Source: Bacilli bacterium
GTDB lineage: Bacteria > Bacillota_I > Bacilli_A > RFN20 > CAG-826
NCBI GenBank assembly: GCA_024695105.1
Contig: JAILIV010000050.1
Coordinates: 6,721-70,720, forward strand
Direction of reading: 5' to 3'
DNA length: 64,000 nucleotides
Part shown: in pieces, positions 9,168 through 18,530 of the stretch
Numbering within the stretch: the stretch's first letter is position 1
How the letters are laid out: every line of letters starts with the position of its first letter
The notes under the pieces: model-generated
The model's input: only the letters and a program-made list of their open reading frames with translations
Database searches by the model: none
What the model was told of the DNA's origin: nothing
Translations under genes and position numbers: made by a program

Positions 9168-9809
9168 TTAAGTTCCATGCGACGCCACTTTGGACAAAAC
9201 CAAAACGGAGACTTTCCTAGGGCGTAGTTTCCGCATCAAACGGAGGCACGCTTTCGTGGTCGAACCCGTTGTATACACATCATCCACGAACAAGACTTTT
9301 TTCCCTTTCAAGACGGGGTTGCCCTTTATGGCGAGATACTTGCCGATCTTCTTCCTTCGGTTCTTGCTTTGGCTGCTTTGTTTCACGTCATCCGTTTTCT
9401 CAAAAATGTCCAAGATTGGGTTTCCTAACTTCGCAAGCATGGTAGGCACATGGTCGAATCCGCGCTTTTGGATGTGGGTCAAATAAGACGGGGCGAAGAC
9501 GATGACGTAGCCCCAATAACGAAGCCGAATCAACAGCCGGACGCGTTCCAAAAAGCAATCGGAAAGCTCGATGTCCCCGCATCCTTTGTAACGGTAAAGC
9601 ATAGAGCGGAACGTCTCTGAATATCGGTAGATCGCCATGCAGGAAACGTTGCCAATACGCCACGTTTCAAATATTGGACTCATCTCACGAAAACAACGCA
9701 AACAGATCAAATTCGCCGTAAAAATCGTCTCGTATAACGAACTTTTCTCGATTTTGCGAAAACAAACCTTACAAAAACGTGTTGCAGTATTCGATCTCTT
9801 TGATGGCAC
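9168..9809 (-). CDS. comFC: ComF-family phosphoribosyltransferase (ComFC-like)
   Basis: N-terminal Cys pairs (CKVCF...CLRCF) and a C-terminal PRTase motif VLFVDDVYTTGST. Confidence 0.8.
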   Translation of the reverse strand: MPSKRSNTATRFCKVCFRKIEKSSLYETIFTANLICLRCFREMSPIFETWRIGNVSCMAIYRYSETFRSMLYRYKGCGDIELSDCFLERVRLLIRLRYWGYVIVFAPSYLTHIQKRGFDHVPTMLAKLGNPILDIFEKTDDVKQSSQSKNRRKKIGKYLAIKGNPVLKGKKVLFVDDVYTTGSTTKACLRLMRKLRPRKVSVLVLSKVASHGT

Positions 9810-10914
9810 GTTTCATCCCCTCGCTTTCTTTATTGGCCAAAAAGAAGACGTCTCCCGTTGGGGCGTCTGCTTTCCTCCCGGCCCTGCCCGCGATTTGAAT
9901 CAACGCGGCGGAATCGTAAATACGGTTGTCCGAACCAAAGACAATCACCTGGAGGTTCCGAATCGTCACGCCGCGTTCCAAGACGGCCGTGGTCACAAGG
10001 TAGTCGTACTTTCCGTTTTTGAACGCCTCGATGATTCCCGGCCTTCCTTTCCGTTTGCTGGAAACGAAATTCCCATTAGAAACAAAAAGCCTTAAGAAGC
10101 CAAAAAGTCGTTCTGCCATGCTGACGGTCGGAACGAACACCATGCATTGTTTCCGCGCCTTCTTGTATTCCTTCAGTTTCCGGACGCAAAAAAAGAATTT
10201 CAGCGGCCCGACCGCCAAATGGGAGCACGGCACGGGAATGGGCTTTCGGTGGTACCTTGTCCTCAAAGTCAAAATCTGATGGCCGGGCCTTTTGAAACGC
10301 GCAATGACCGACTTGGATGGCGTTGCGGTCATCATGACGCAATGGCCACGTAGCGATCGTTCGTAAAAAGAGCCCAGTACCAAGCTCCCCTTAAATGGGA
10401 ACGCATCGATCTCGTCCATGACAAGCAAATCGAAATATGCGGGATACCGATATAGCTGATGCGTCGTAAGGATAATGCAGTCCCCTTCCAAAACCGATGC
10501 GTGGCCTCCATATACAGCAACGATTTTGTTGTTTGGAAACGCGCTTTTAAGCCGTTGGAATAGCTCCACCACCACGTCCCGGCGAGGCAAAGCAAACCCC
10601 ACGTTTAGCCCTTTGGACATCGCATAGGCGATGACACCATAGGAAATCTCCGTTTTCCCCGACCCACAAACCGCGTAAACCAAGGTGTCGATGCCAGATT
10701 TGAAATTCGCGATCACTTGATCCGATAAAGCACGCTGTTCCCTGGAAAGGGAATACGAAAGGGATAGTCGGACGCTTTGAAGTGGCTTGACCGCATCTTG
10801 GGCCTCCTCACCTTGAAAGCCGATGCACCTACGACAATACGGCTGCCCGTTTTTATACCCAACGAATAATTGATCTTTGTTTCCGCACCGCGGACATATG
10901 AAAGTGTTGCTCAC
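9769..10914 (-). CDS. comFA: ComFA-like DEAD/DEAH-box helicase
   Basis: N-terminal Zn ribbon CPRCG...CRRC, Walker A CGSGKTE, DEID box, helicase C motifs (QIAGRAGR). GTG start at 10914. Confidence 0.8.
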   Translation of the reverse strand: MSNTFICPRCGNKDQLFVGYKNGQPYCRRCIGFQGEEAQDAVKPLQSVRLSLSYSLSREQRALSDQVIANFKSGIDTLVYAVCGSGKTEISYGVIAYAMSKGLNVGFALPRRDVVVELFQRLKSAFPNNKIVAVYGGHASVLEGDCIILTTHQLYRYPAYFDLLVMDEIDAFPFKGSLVLGSFYERSLRGHCVMMTATPSKSVIARFKRPGHQILTLRTRYHRKPIPVPCSHLAVGPLKFFFCVRKLKEYKKARKQCMVFVPTVSMAERLFGFLRLFVSNGNFVSSKRKGRPGIIEAFKNGKYDYLVTTAVLERGVTIRNLQVIVFGSDNRIYDSAALIQIAGRAGRKADAPTGDVFFLANKESEGMKRAIKEIEYCNTFL

Positions 10915-10951
10915 ATCCCTTTATAGGAAATGACACGACAAATGGGTAAAA

Positions 10952-12016
10952 CTAATCGGAAATCTGCGCGACGCGACGACGATGCTTCGCCTCTTTTGAG
11001 AAGGACGTGCATAGGAAAATATCCAATCTACGAAGCACGTCATCCAGTTTCATGTACTTTTGGCCAAAGGCAATGACGTTGGCGTTGTTATGCTCGCGCA
11101 TCTTCGAAGTGACAACGTCATCATAAGCAAGCCCACAACGAATTCCCGGCACCTTGTTCGCGGCAATGGAAATTCCGATGCCAGAAGTGCAAACGACGAC
11201 GCCGAAATAAGCCTTTCCATAGGAAACATCACGTCCTACCGCCATGCCAAATTCGGGGTAATCCACCGATTTGGTATCCGGGCACCCCAAATCTAGTACG
11301 AGATAGCCGTTTTCTTTTAGGTGGGCGATGATTTGTTGCTTGTACGCGAAGCCGCCATGATCCGAGCCAATGGAGACGCGAAGGTCCGCGCATTCATATT
11401 CTTCCGTAATGTTCTCGGGATCCACGCTTCCTTTCCGGACGCAAACGGGTTTACCTCGTTTTAAATGAACGAAATCCATGATCGTCGACGGGACATTGCT
11501 TTTGCACGTCCCTTCTACAATAACGGGAACAATGCCTCCAAAGGTTTCGCGCGCCTGGTCATAATCATGAGCGGGCTCTTGCCCCGAACGATTCGCGGAG
11601 GACACCAAAAGGGGTTCCCCCACTTCTTCGATCAAAGAGCGAACCTCGGGATCATCTGGAACACGTACCCCAACGACGCCGGTTCCCAAATCGATGTCAA
11701 AAGGGATGTCTTCCTTCGCGGGAACCAAAAAGGTGACTTCGCCAGGCATAAATGCCCGCATGGTGGCGGCAAGGCGACCATCGATACGGCAATAACGGAC
11801 GGCCTCGCCCGCGGAAGAGCACATTAAAGTAATCGGTTTGTTTTCCGGCCTTCCTTTGGCTTCCCTTAGTAGCTCGACGGCCGCATGGGAACTCGCTAAG
11901 GCGCCGATTCCATATACGGTCTCGGTCGGGAAGACCACGACCCCACCGTTGCGCAGCGCTTCCGCCGCCATGCTTTTTTCTCTCCAAGAAATGCATTTTG
12001 TTTCCATATTCTTCAC
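10952..12016 (-). CDS. Fusion protein: L-threonylcarbamoyladenylate synthase (YrdC/TsaC domain) + ribose-5-phosphate isomerase B (RpiB/LacAB domain)
   Basis: The N-terminal ~200 aa are YrdC-like (VVFPTETVYGIGA, LLVSSANRSG). The C-terminal ~145 aa are RpiB-like (IGSDHGG...VVCTSGIGISIAANK...HNNANV). It is one uninterrupted ORF, and its ATG overlaps the prmC stop (ATGA). Confidence 0.85.
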   Translation of the reverse strand: MKNMETKCISWREKSMAAEALRNGGVVVFPTETVYGIGALASSHAAVELLREAKGRPENKPITLMCSSAGEAVRYCRIDGRLAATMRAFMPGEVTFLVPAKEDIPFDIDLGTGVVGVRVPDDPEVRSLIEEVGEPLLVSSANRSGQEPAHDYDQARETFGGIVPVIVEGTCKSNVPSTIMDFVHLKRGKPVCVRKGSVDPENITEEYECADLRVSIGSDHGGFAYKQQIIAHLKENGYLVLDLGCPDTKSVDYPEFGMAVGRDVSYGKAYFGVVVCTSGIGISIAANKVPGIRCGLAYDDVVTSKMREHNNANVIAFGQKYMKLDDVLRRLDIFLCTSFSKEAKHRRRVAQISD

Positions 12017-12858
12017 CTGCAGAACACAAAGAGGAAACGCGGTAGGCCATTCAGGTCATCCACGAACTCAAACTCGTAATCTTCCAGGTACTTTTCCATA
12101 AGGCCCGTTAAATAGTCCTTCAGGTCATACCCGATTTCAAACGCCATGAGCAACGTTCCCTTTTTCACTTTTTTATAATCGCGGAACACCTCTTCGTAAA
12201 CCGAGTGGTCTTTATCCAAATAAAGGGCCTTGTCCGGCTCGAAGCGGCGCACGGAATCCTGAACGTCTTCCTTGTTTAATATATAAGGAGGGTTGCTGAC
12301 GATAATGTCCAGATTCATATGGGCATCGATATAAGGCTGGAGGCTTGGTCCTTTCAGAAGATTCGGGTTCATCCCCTGGTCCTTGATGTTTTTGCGCGCG
12401 ACTTCTAACGCCACTTCCGAAACGTCGCTCCCCACCAATATCCAATTGGGGAAAAGCATATGAAGGGCACAGATGATCGCACCAGAGCCCGTGCCGATAT
12501 CCGCGCACACCAAATAGTTCCGCGGATCATAGTAATCCAGGATTCTTTCGGAGAGATTCGCGATGAGCTCTTCCGTTTCCATCCGGGGAATTAAAACGTT
12601 CTCATCCACGTATAGACGCGTATGCAAAAAACGCGCTTCGTTGATGATATACTCGATGGGTTCGTTTCCTAATAGTCGCGCAAAACCTTCGTCAAAGATT
12701 TCTTTTTGCCTCATTTCGTCGTCTTTATGAAACAAGACGTCGATCGGTTCTGCATAGCCCATGATATGGGCGATAAGGAGGCGGATGTCTTGGGAAGGCA
12801 CCCCCCACATCTTTCCTTTTTCCAGGGCGTCATTATAAACCTCGAACACCTTAGGCAT
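12013..12858 (-). CDS. prmC: Release-factor glutamine N5-methyltransferase PrmC (HemK)
   Basis: SAM-binding motif DIGTGSG and catalytic IVSNPPY. It sits directly downstream of prfA. Confidence 0.9.
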   Translation of the reverse strand: MPKVFEVYNDALEKGKMWGVPSQDIRLLIAHIMGYAEPIDVLFHKDDEMRQKEIFDEGFARLLGNEPIEYIINEARFLHTRLYVDENVLIPRMETEELIANLSERILDYYDPRNYLVCADIGTGSGAIICALHMLFPNWILVGSDVSEVALEVARKNIKDQGMNPNLLKGPSLQPYIDAHMNLDIIVSNPPYILNKEDVQDSVRRFEPDKALYLDKDHSVYEEVFRDYKKVKKGTLLMAFEIGYDLKDYLTGLMEKYLEDYEFEFVDDLNGLPRFLFVFCR

Positions 12859-13942
12859 CCGGATTTCCCTCCACTTCCAACAACTTCTGCTCTTGGTCGA
12901 AATGGATCAGCGCCTCGATGATGGAATCAAGTTCTCCCTCCATGACGCGGTCCAACTGATTGATCGTGTAGCCAACGCGATGGTCGGTCACGCGGTTTTG
13001 CGGATAGTTGTACGTGCGGATTTTCTCGGAGCGCTCGCCCGTGCCGACTTTCAGTTTCCGTTCGGTCGCGCGCTTTGCGTCTTCCTGCTCTTGGAAATAG
13101 GCGAAGACCTTCGCGCGGATCATCTGCATCGCGATTTCCTTGTTTTGGAGCTGGGCCTTTTCCGTTTGGCAGGCCGCGACAAGACCCGTGGGCAAGTGAG
13201 TGATGCGCACGGCGGATTCGGTCTTGTTGACGTTTTGGCCGCCAGCGCCTTGGGAATGGTACGTATCGATCTTCAAATCGGAAGGGTTAATTTGGACGTC
13301 CACTTCCTTGGCTTCCGGCATGACCAAAACGGTCGCGGTGGAAGTATGGATACGGCCAGAGGCCTCGGTCTTAGGGACGCGTTGAACGCGGTGAGCTCCC
13401 GATTCAAACTTAAGTTTGGAATAGACGGAATCGCCTTTGATCATGAACGAAGCGGAAGCGTATCCGCCCGAAGCGCCCAAAGAAGCATCCAAGAATTGGA
13501 TCTTCCAGCCCTGCTTCTCGGCGTATTTGGAATACATGCGGACCAAATCTCCGGCGAAGATATTGGCTTCGTCCCCTCCGACCGCACCACGGATTTCCAC
13601 GATGATGTTCTTGTCGTCGTTGGGATCCTTGGGAAGAAGGATGATCTTAAAGTCCTCTTCTAGTTTTTCCATCGTCGCGATGGCATTCTTACGGGTCTCT
13701 TTGGCAAACTCTGCCAACTCCGGATCGCCCGCGTTTTCCATTTCCAAAGCGTCCGCGGCGTCTTGCTCCGCCTTTAGGTATTGAAGATAGGCTTCGTAGG
13801 CCTCCTTCAAGTTCGCCTGTTCTTTCGTTTTCTTGGTAAACGATTCCAAATCGTCCGCGGCATCATCTTTGCCTAATTCCGCTTCCAATTGCTGGTAACG
13901 AACCTTCGTCGCCTCCAGCCGTTTTCTCATCGAGTCTTCCAT
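12851..13942 (-). CDS. prfA: Peptide chain release factor 1
   Basis: RF1-type sequence with PxT-region context and GGQ (SQGAGGQNVNK). An extended -10 TGTTATAAT lies at 13963-13971 (minus strand). Confidence 0.95.
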   Translation of the reverse strand: MEDSMRKRLEATKVRYQQLEAELGKDDAADDLESFTKKTKEQANLKEAYEAYLQYLKAEQDAADALEMENAGDPELAEFAKETRKNAIATMEKLEEDFKIILLPKDPNDDKNIIVEIRGAVGGDEANIFAGDLVRMYSKYAEKQGWKIQFLDASLGASGGYASASFMIKGDSVYSKLKFESGAHRVQRVPKTEASGRIHTSTATVLVMPEAKEVDVQINPSDLKIDTYHSQGAGGQNVNKTESAVRITHLPTGLVAACQTEKAQLQNKEIAMQMIRAKVFAYFQEQEDAKRATERKLKVGTGERSEKIRTYNYPQNRVTDHRVGYTINQLDRVMEGELDSIIEALIHFDQEQKLLEVEGNPDA

Positions 13943-14039
13943 ATTCGGTTCCTGCCGGAGCGATTATAACATTCAAGGCGTGACGATAAAACGTTTACTA
14001 ATCTTTGATTAGACCCTAGGAAGAAAAGGCCTTGGCCGT

Positions 14040-14045
14040 TATAAT
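14040..14045 (+). promoter_or_regulatory. TATAAT -10 box 8 nt upstream of the dnaX ATG; candidate leaderless promoter
   Basis: gtTATAATtcaatgcaATGgca. There is no SD and no convincing -35. Confidence 0.4.
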
Positions 14046-14053
14046 TCAATGCA

Positions 14054-16030
14054 ATGGCATACAAAGCTCTCTACAACAAATACCGCCCCACTACGTTTGA
14101 GGAAGTGGCGGGGCAACGTTCCATCGTTCGGACCATCCGTAACGCGATCACGAACAACAAAATCGCCCACGCATATCTATTTTGCGGACCCCGTGGCACG
14201 GGAAAGACCTCCATGGCCCGCCTTTTCGCGAAGGCTTTGAACTGCGAAGAAGGCGTAGGACATCAGTGCAACCACTGCGACAACTGCCTCGCGATGAACG
14301 CGGGTTCCCATCCCGACGTCATCGAAATCGACGCCGCCAGCAACAATGGCGTCGAGCAGGTCCGCGACCTTATCGACAAAGTCCGTTACGCGCCGATTCG
14401 CGGCAAATACAAGATTTACATCATCGACGAAGTCCACACTATGTCCGCCAACGCGTTCAACGCGCTTCTAAAAACGTTGGAAGAGCCACCCGAGCACGTT
14501 ATCTTCATCTTGGCCACGACCGAACCTTATAAGGTTCTCCCCACCATCGTTTCCCGTTGCCAACGTTACGATTTCTCGAAAATCGACGATTCGGACATTC
14601 GCGAAAAACTCCATTGGATTCTTCAACGCGAAGGCGTTCCTTATGACGAGCCTGCCGTCGAAGCCATCATCGAGCTGGCCGATGGAGGCATGCGCGATGC
14701 GTTGTCTATTTTGGATCAGGCTTTGGCCTATGGCGGAAACCAGCTTCGCGAAAAAGACGTTCTCGACGTATTTGGATTAGCCTCTATCGCCCAAAAATGC
14801 AAATTGCTCGACCTCGTGCTCGATGGAAACGTCAGCGAGGTATTCACCCTTGCCGACGAATTCATCACTTCAGGCATCGACCTAAAGCGCCTCATCCAAG
14901 CCTTGCTCGACATCCTCAAAGACTGCCTTATCTACCTCAAGACGGGAAAAGAGGACTTGTTGCAGGCCGTGAAGCTAAAAGAAATCGACCCTTTGCTTGG
15001 AAAAATCGACGTGGGACGTGCCAATAGAATGATTGATGTTCTCATCAAGTGCCAAACCGATTCCAAAACCGTAGGTAACCTTCGGTCCCTGTTTGAACTT
15101 TCACTAATTCGGATGGCTTCCGTCAATGAAGACGCAGAAGTCAACCTAGCGCCTGTCGCAACGATGCCAAAACCCCAACCGCCCCAGCCAAAACCAAAAC
15201 CCATAAAAGCTCCGGAACCCGTGCCCGAGCCAAAGCCCGAGCCCATCAAGGAAGAACCACCCCAGTCAAAACCGGAGCCCGCCATGCCAAAAGCGGAAGA
15301 CGTGCCTGAAAAAACGAATCCAGCACCCGACAAACCTGAGCCTCAAGCAACTCCCGCACCAAGTGCAGAACCACAAGGTTTATATAATGGCACCACCCCT
15401 CCCGATTGGCTTTTCGACAAAGAGGAAGAGGAAGAAGAGGAACCGAAGCCGTTAGAAGAGGCGTCGTTCGCGCCACTAAAGGCCGAAGCCCCTAAGCAAG
15501 AGGCGCCCAAAGAGCAAGAAATCGCACCACAGCCCCGTAAGCCCATCTTCCAGGAACCGGAAGAGCCAAAGAAACCCGAGCCCCAAAAGCCGAGCAATTT
15601 GGTCACGGAGGGCGAATCCTATTCTTTGGATGACGCGACCATCGTCAGCATCATGGTCCTCGGTGGAAAATACAAGATGATGCGGAAGCAGCTCTATGAG
15701 CGCTGGGGAGAAATCGGAGAGCACCGCTTCGATCCGAAAATCGGCGCCGTCGCGACATTGTTAAGCGAAGGCCGCCCATTCTGTCTCTGCGACCAAGTAC
15801 TGCTGCTTAACTTCAACTTCACCCGAAAGAAGGAACTCGCCAACCTCAAGGGCAACCAAGAGGCCATCTCAAGCCTCGTAGCGACGCTGCTTGGCAAAAA
15901 GGTATTCGTCTATGCCCTCGACCGCAACGACTCCAACCGCTGCCAAAACGACTTCTTCGGAAAGCAGCAAATCGGCAAACTGCCTTTGCCCGAAACCATT
16001 CAACTGAATCTACCCATTGGGAGGAAATAA
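14054..16030 (+). CDS. dnaX: DNA polymerase III subunit tau/gamma (DnaX)
   Basis: N-terminus MAYKALYNKYRP, Walker A GPRGTGKTS, Zn module CNHCDNC. A long P/E/K-rich linker (~15180-15620) precedes the C-terminal domain. Confidence 0.95.
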   Translation: MAYKALYNKYRPTTFEEVAGQRSIVRTIRNAITNNKIAHAYLFCGPRGTGKTSMARLFAKALNCEEGVGHQCNHCDNCLAMNAGSHPDVIEIDAASNNGVEQVRDLIDKVRYAPIRGKYKIYIIDEVHTMSANAFNALLKTLEEPPEHVIFILATTEPYKVLPTIVSRCQRYDFSKIDDSDIREKLHWILQREGVPYDEPAVEAIIELADGGMRDALSILDQALAYGGNQLREKDVLDVFGLASIAQKCKLLDLVLDGNVSEVFTLADEFITSGIDLKRLIQALLDILKDCLIYLKTGKEDLLQAVKLKEIDPLLGKIDVGRANRMIDVLIKCQTDSKTVGNLRSLFELSLIRMASVNEDAEVNLAPVATMPKPQPPQPKPKPIKAPEPVPEPKPEPIKEEPPQSKPEPAMPKAEDVPEKTNPAPDKPEPQATPAPSAEPQGLYNGTTPPDWLFDKEEEEEEEPKPLEEASFAPLKAEAPKQEAPKEQEIAPQPRKPIFQEPEEPKKPEPQKPSNLVTEGESYSLDDATIVSIMVLGGKYKMMRKQLYERWGEIGEHRFDPKIGAVATLLSEGRPFCLCDQVLLLNFNFTRKKELANLKGNQEAISSLVATLLGKKVFVYALDRNDSNRCQNDFFGKQQIGKLPLPETIQLNLPIGRK

Positions 16031-16031
16031 C

Positions 16032-16331
16032 ATGAACCAAATGCAACAGATGCTGGCCAACGCCCAGCGCATGCAGCGCGAGATGCAAAAGGCCCAAGCG
16101 GCCCTCGCGGAGAAGGAGTTCAAAGTCTCGAAAGGCGGCATGGTGGAACTCACCATGCTCGGCGATCGCTCCGTCCAAGAACTCGTCATCGACAAGGACG
16201 CTTTGGATCCTGAAAACGCCGAAATCCTTTCCGAGAGCATCGTCCTCGCTTTGAACGAAGCCTTGGAAGCCATCGAGAAAGAACACGAGGAAATCGAGAA
16301 AAGGGTCACCGGTAAGACCGGCTTATTCTAA
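16032..16331 (+). CDS. ybaB: Nucleoid-associated protein YbaB/EbfC
   Basis: MNQMQQMLANAQRMQREMQKAQ... is typical of YbaB. GGGAGGAAA SD lies 5 nt upstream of ATG 16032. It follows dnaX and precedes recR, as is usual. Confidence 0.9.
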   Translation: MNQMQQMLANAQRMQREMQKAQAALAEKEFKVSKGGMVELTMLGDRSVQELVIDKDALDPENAEILSESIVLALNEALEAIEKEHEEIEKRVTGKTGLF

Positions 16332-16927
16332 TGAAGGAACTTCCTTCCTACATTGCCTTAGTGGAGTCTTTCCGCCGTCTTCCTGGCGTAGGCACCCGTT
16401 CCGCCGAACGCATGGCGTCCGCCGTTTTGGAAATGTCCAAAGACGACGCGATGTCCTTTGCAGATTCCATCGTCCAAGCGAAAAATCGCATACGTAAATG
16501 CAAGAATTGCGGGCTTTATTGCGAAGATGATCTTTGCGACGTTTGCAAAGACCCAAGCCGTGACCATAGCCTTTGCCTCGTCGTCGTAAGCCCTAAGGAC
16601 GCGACCGCTTTTGAATCGGTTGGAACCTATAATGGGGTTTACCATGTGCTTGGTGGCCTATTGTCCCCCGCGAAGGGAATCGGCCCAGAAGCGCTTGCTT
16701 TAGACACTTTGAAATACCGTATTGGCGAAGAAGGCATCCAAGAGGTGATCGTCGCCACCTCCCCCACGCTTGAGGGGGAAACGACTGCGCTATTCCTGGC
16801 GAAAGTCTTGGAACCCATGCACGTCAAAGTGTCGCGGCTTGGTTATGGCTTGCCCGCGGGTTCCTCCTTGGAATACGCCGACGCCCTTACGTTATCCCGC
16901 GCTTTGGAAGGGAGGAAAACCTTATGA
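16331..16927 (+). CDS. recR: Recombination protein RecR
   Basis: HhH N-terminus (LPGVGTRSAERM), Cys4 Zn finger (CKNCG...CDVC) and a Toprim domain. TAATG overlap with ybaB. Confidence 0.95.
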   Translation: MKELPSYIALVESFRRLPGVGTRSAERMASAVLEMSKDDAMSFADSIVQAKNRIRKCKNCGLYCEDDLCDVCKDPSRDHSLCLVVVSPKDATAFESVGTYNGVYHVLGGLLSPAKGIGPEALALDTLKYRIGEEGIQEVIVATSPTLEGETTALFLAKVLEPMHVKVSRLGYGLPAGSSLEYADALTLSRALEGRKTL

Positions 16928-17550
16928 GTCTATTTGTCACGTTCGAAGGTGGGGAGGGCTCTGGAAAATCCTCCGCCTTGCGCTTACTCGACGAGCGGTT
17001 ACGCAGTGAAGGGTTTGACACAGTCGTTACCCGCGAACCAGGCGGCACCCCTATCGCCGAACAGATCCGCAACGTCATTTTAGACAAGGCAAACACCAAG
17101 ATGGACCCCCGTACCGAGGCCCTTCTTTACGCAGCCAGCAGACGCCAGCACCTCGTAGAAAAGGTGTGGCCCGCGATCAAGGAGGGAAAAATCGTGCTTT
17201 GCGATCGCTATCTCGATTCTTCGCTTGCCTACCAAGGCGGAGCGAGAGGGCTTGGCATTGAAAACGTGCTTTCCGTGAACATGTTCGCCACCGAAGGAAC
17301 CTTCCCTGATCTGACTTTGCTATTCGACATTGAGCCCGAACTTGGGCTGGAGCGGATCGCCAAAAACGCCAACCGCGAAGTCAATCGCCTCGACCTTGAG
17401 AAAATCGAGTTCCACCATGGCGTGCGGAAAACCTTCTTATCTCTGGCAGAACGTTATCCCGAACGTTTCGTCATCATCGACGCTTCCCAAACGTTGGAAA
17501 AAGTCGTCCAGGACGCCTACGACGCCATCATGAAACGCATGCCCCGATGA
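16924..17550 (+). CDS. tmk: Thymidylate kinase
   Basis: P-loop FEGGEGSGKS and DRYLDSSLAYQG motif. ATGA overlap with recR. Confidence 0.93.
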   Translation: MSLFVTFEGGEGSGKSSALRLLDERLRSEGFDTVVTREPGGTPIAEQIRNVILDKANTKMDPRTEALLYAASRRQHLVEKVWPAIKEGKIVLCDRYLDSSLAYQGGARGLGIENVLSVNMFATEGTFPDLTLLFDIEPELGLERIAKNANREVNRLDLEKIEFHHGVRKTFLSLAERYPERFVIIDASQTLEKVVQDAYDAIMKRMPR

Positions 17551-18524
17551 GTCTGTCGCGTTACCTTCTCCAAAAGCAGCCATTCGTCACCAAATCCTTT
17601 TGCTACGCCCTTAGCCACGATCAACTGTCCCACGCCTATTTGCTTTTCGGCGAGCATGGGACGCCTTTGAAGGAAACGGCGCTTTTCCTCGCCCAAACCA
17701 TTCTTTGCGACCACCCCAACCCCTTGGCGGACGAAGAATGCATCATGTGCCAGCGCTTTGTCTCCAACAATTACCCCGACTTCATATTTCTCGATGGGGA
17801 AGAAGAATCCATCAAAAAAGACGAGGTACGTGAAACGCTTACCCTTTTCCAAAACACCCCTTTGGAGCGTAAGGGAATCATGGTCTACGTCATCCATCTC
17901 GTGGAAAACATGACCGTGGAAGCCGTCAACGCCCTACTGAAGTTTTTGGAAGAGCCAAACGACTATACCTACGCCATCCTGACCACACAAAACGAAGATA
18001 AAGTGCTTCCCACGATCATTTCCCGATGCGAGAAATTACGGTTGGTTCTCACCCCGCGGAGCGAAGTGCTCCAAGAAGCCCTTTCCTTAGGCGTAAGCCA
18101 AGAGGACGCGGAAATTCTTTCTTGTTTTTATAACAGCGGCGAAATCCTAAAAACGGTCGCGGCGAAAGATTCCTACCAAAAAATGAAAACCAGTTTGGTC
18201 AACGGTTTGGACGCGCTAAGCCGGGCGCCGAATTTCGGACGATACATTTTCGAAAAGGAAATCACGCCTTTGCTAGGGAACAAAGCCGATGCCCTCTTTT
18301 TCTTCGACATGCTGACCCAATTCTTTCGGGACATCGTCGCCAAAAAAGCGGGCAACCCCATTTCCTTGGGGTCTTATGATACAATCATCGCCGAAGCAGC
18401 CGAGAAGCTGCCGCATGTTGAAAGCTCCCTTCTCTCCATCATGACGCTTCGCGGGGAGATAGGCCTCAATATCCGAATCGGGCTCATTCTTGCCCATCTT
18501 GTGAACATCCTCACCAAGGAGTGA
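17547..18524 (+). CDS. holB: DNA polymerase III delta-prime subunit (HolB)
   Basis: AAA+-like clamp-loader fold with the SHAYLF motif, a Cys cluster and the SRC-motif region (TIISRCEKL). ATGA overlap with tmk. Confidence 0.85.
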   Translation: MSLSRYLLQKQPFVTKSFCYALSHDQLSHAYLLFGEHGTPLKETALFLAQTILCDHPNPLADEECIMCQRFVSNNYPDFIFLDGEEESIKKDEVRETLTLFQNTPLERKGIMVYVIHLVENMTVEAVNALLKFLEEPNDYTYAILTTQNEDKVLPTIISRCEKLRLVLTPRSEVLQEALSLGVSQEDAEILSCFYNSGEILKTVAAKDSYQKMKTSLVNGLDALSRAPNFGRYIFEKEITPLLGNKADALFFFDMLTQFFRDIVAKKAGNPISLGSYDTIIAEAAEKLPHVESSLLSIMTLRGEIGLNIRIGLILAHLVNILTKE

Positions 18525-18530
18525 CGAATT

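Noticed and set aside
12893-13663. 256-aa ORF antisense to prfA. Similar long antisense ORFs occur at 26577-27359, 27535-28272, 46905-47603, 50526-51128 and 45654-46307.
   Set aside because: All lie opposite strongly supported genes and have biased, repetitive composition, so I treat them as non-coding shadows.
14700-15700. Possible programmed -1 frameshift in dnaX producing a gamma subunit
   Set aside because: I found no A AAA AAG-type slippery heptamer with a downstream hairpin in the linker region. Only GAAAAAGAC at about 14750 occurs, and it lies in the wrong context.
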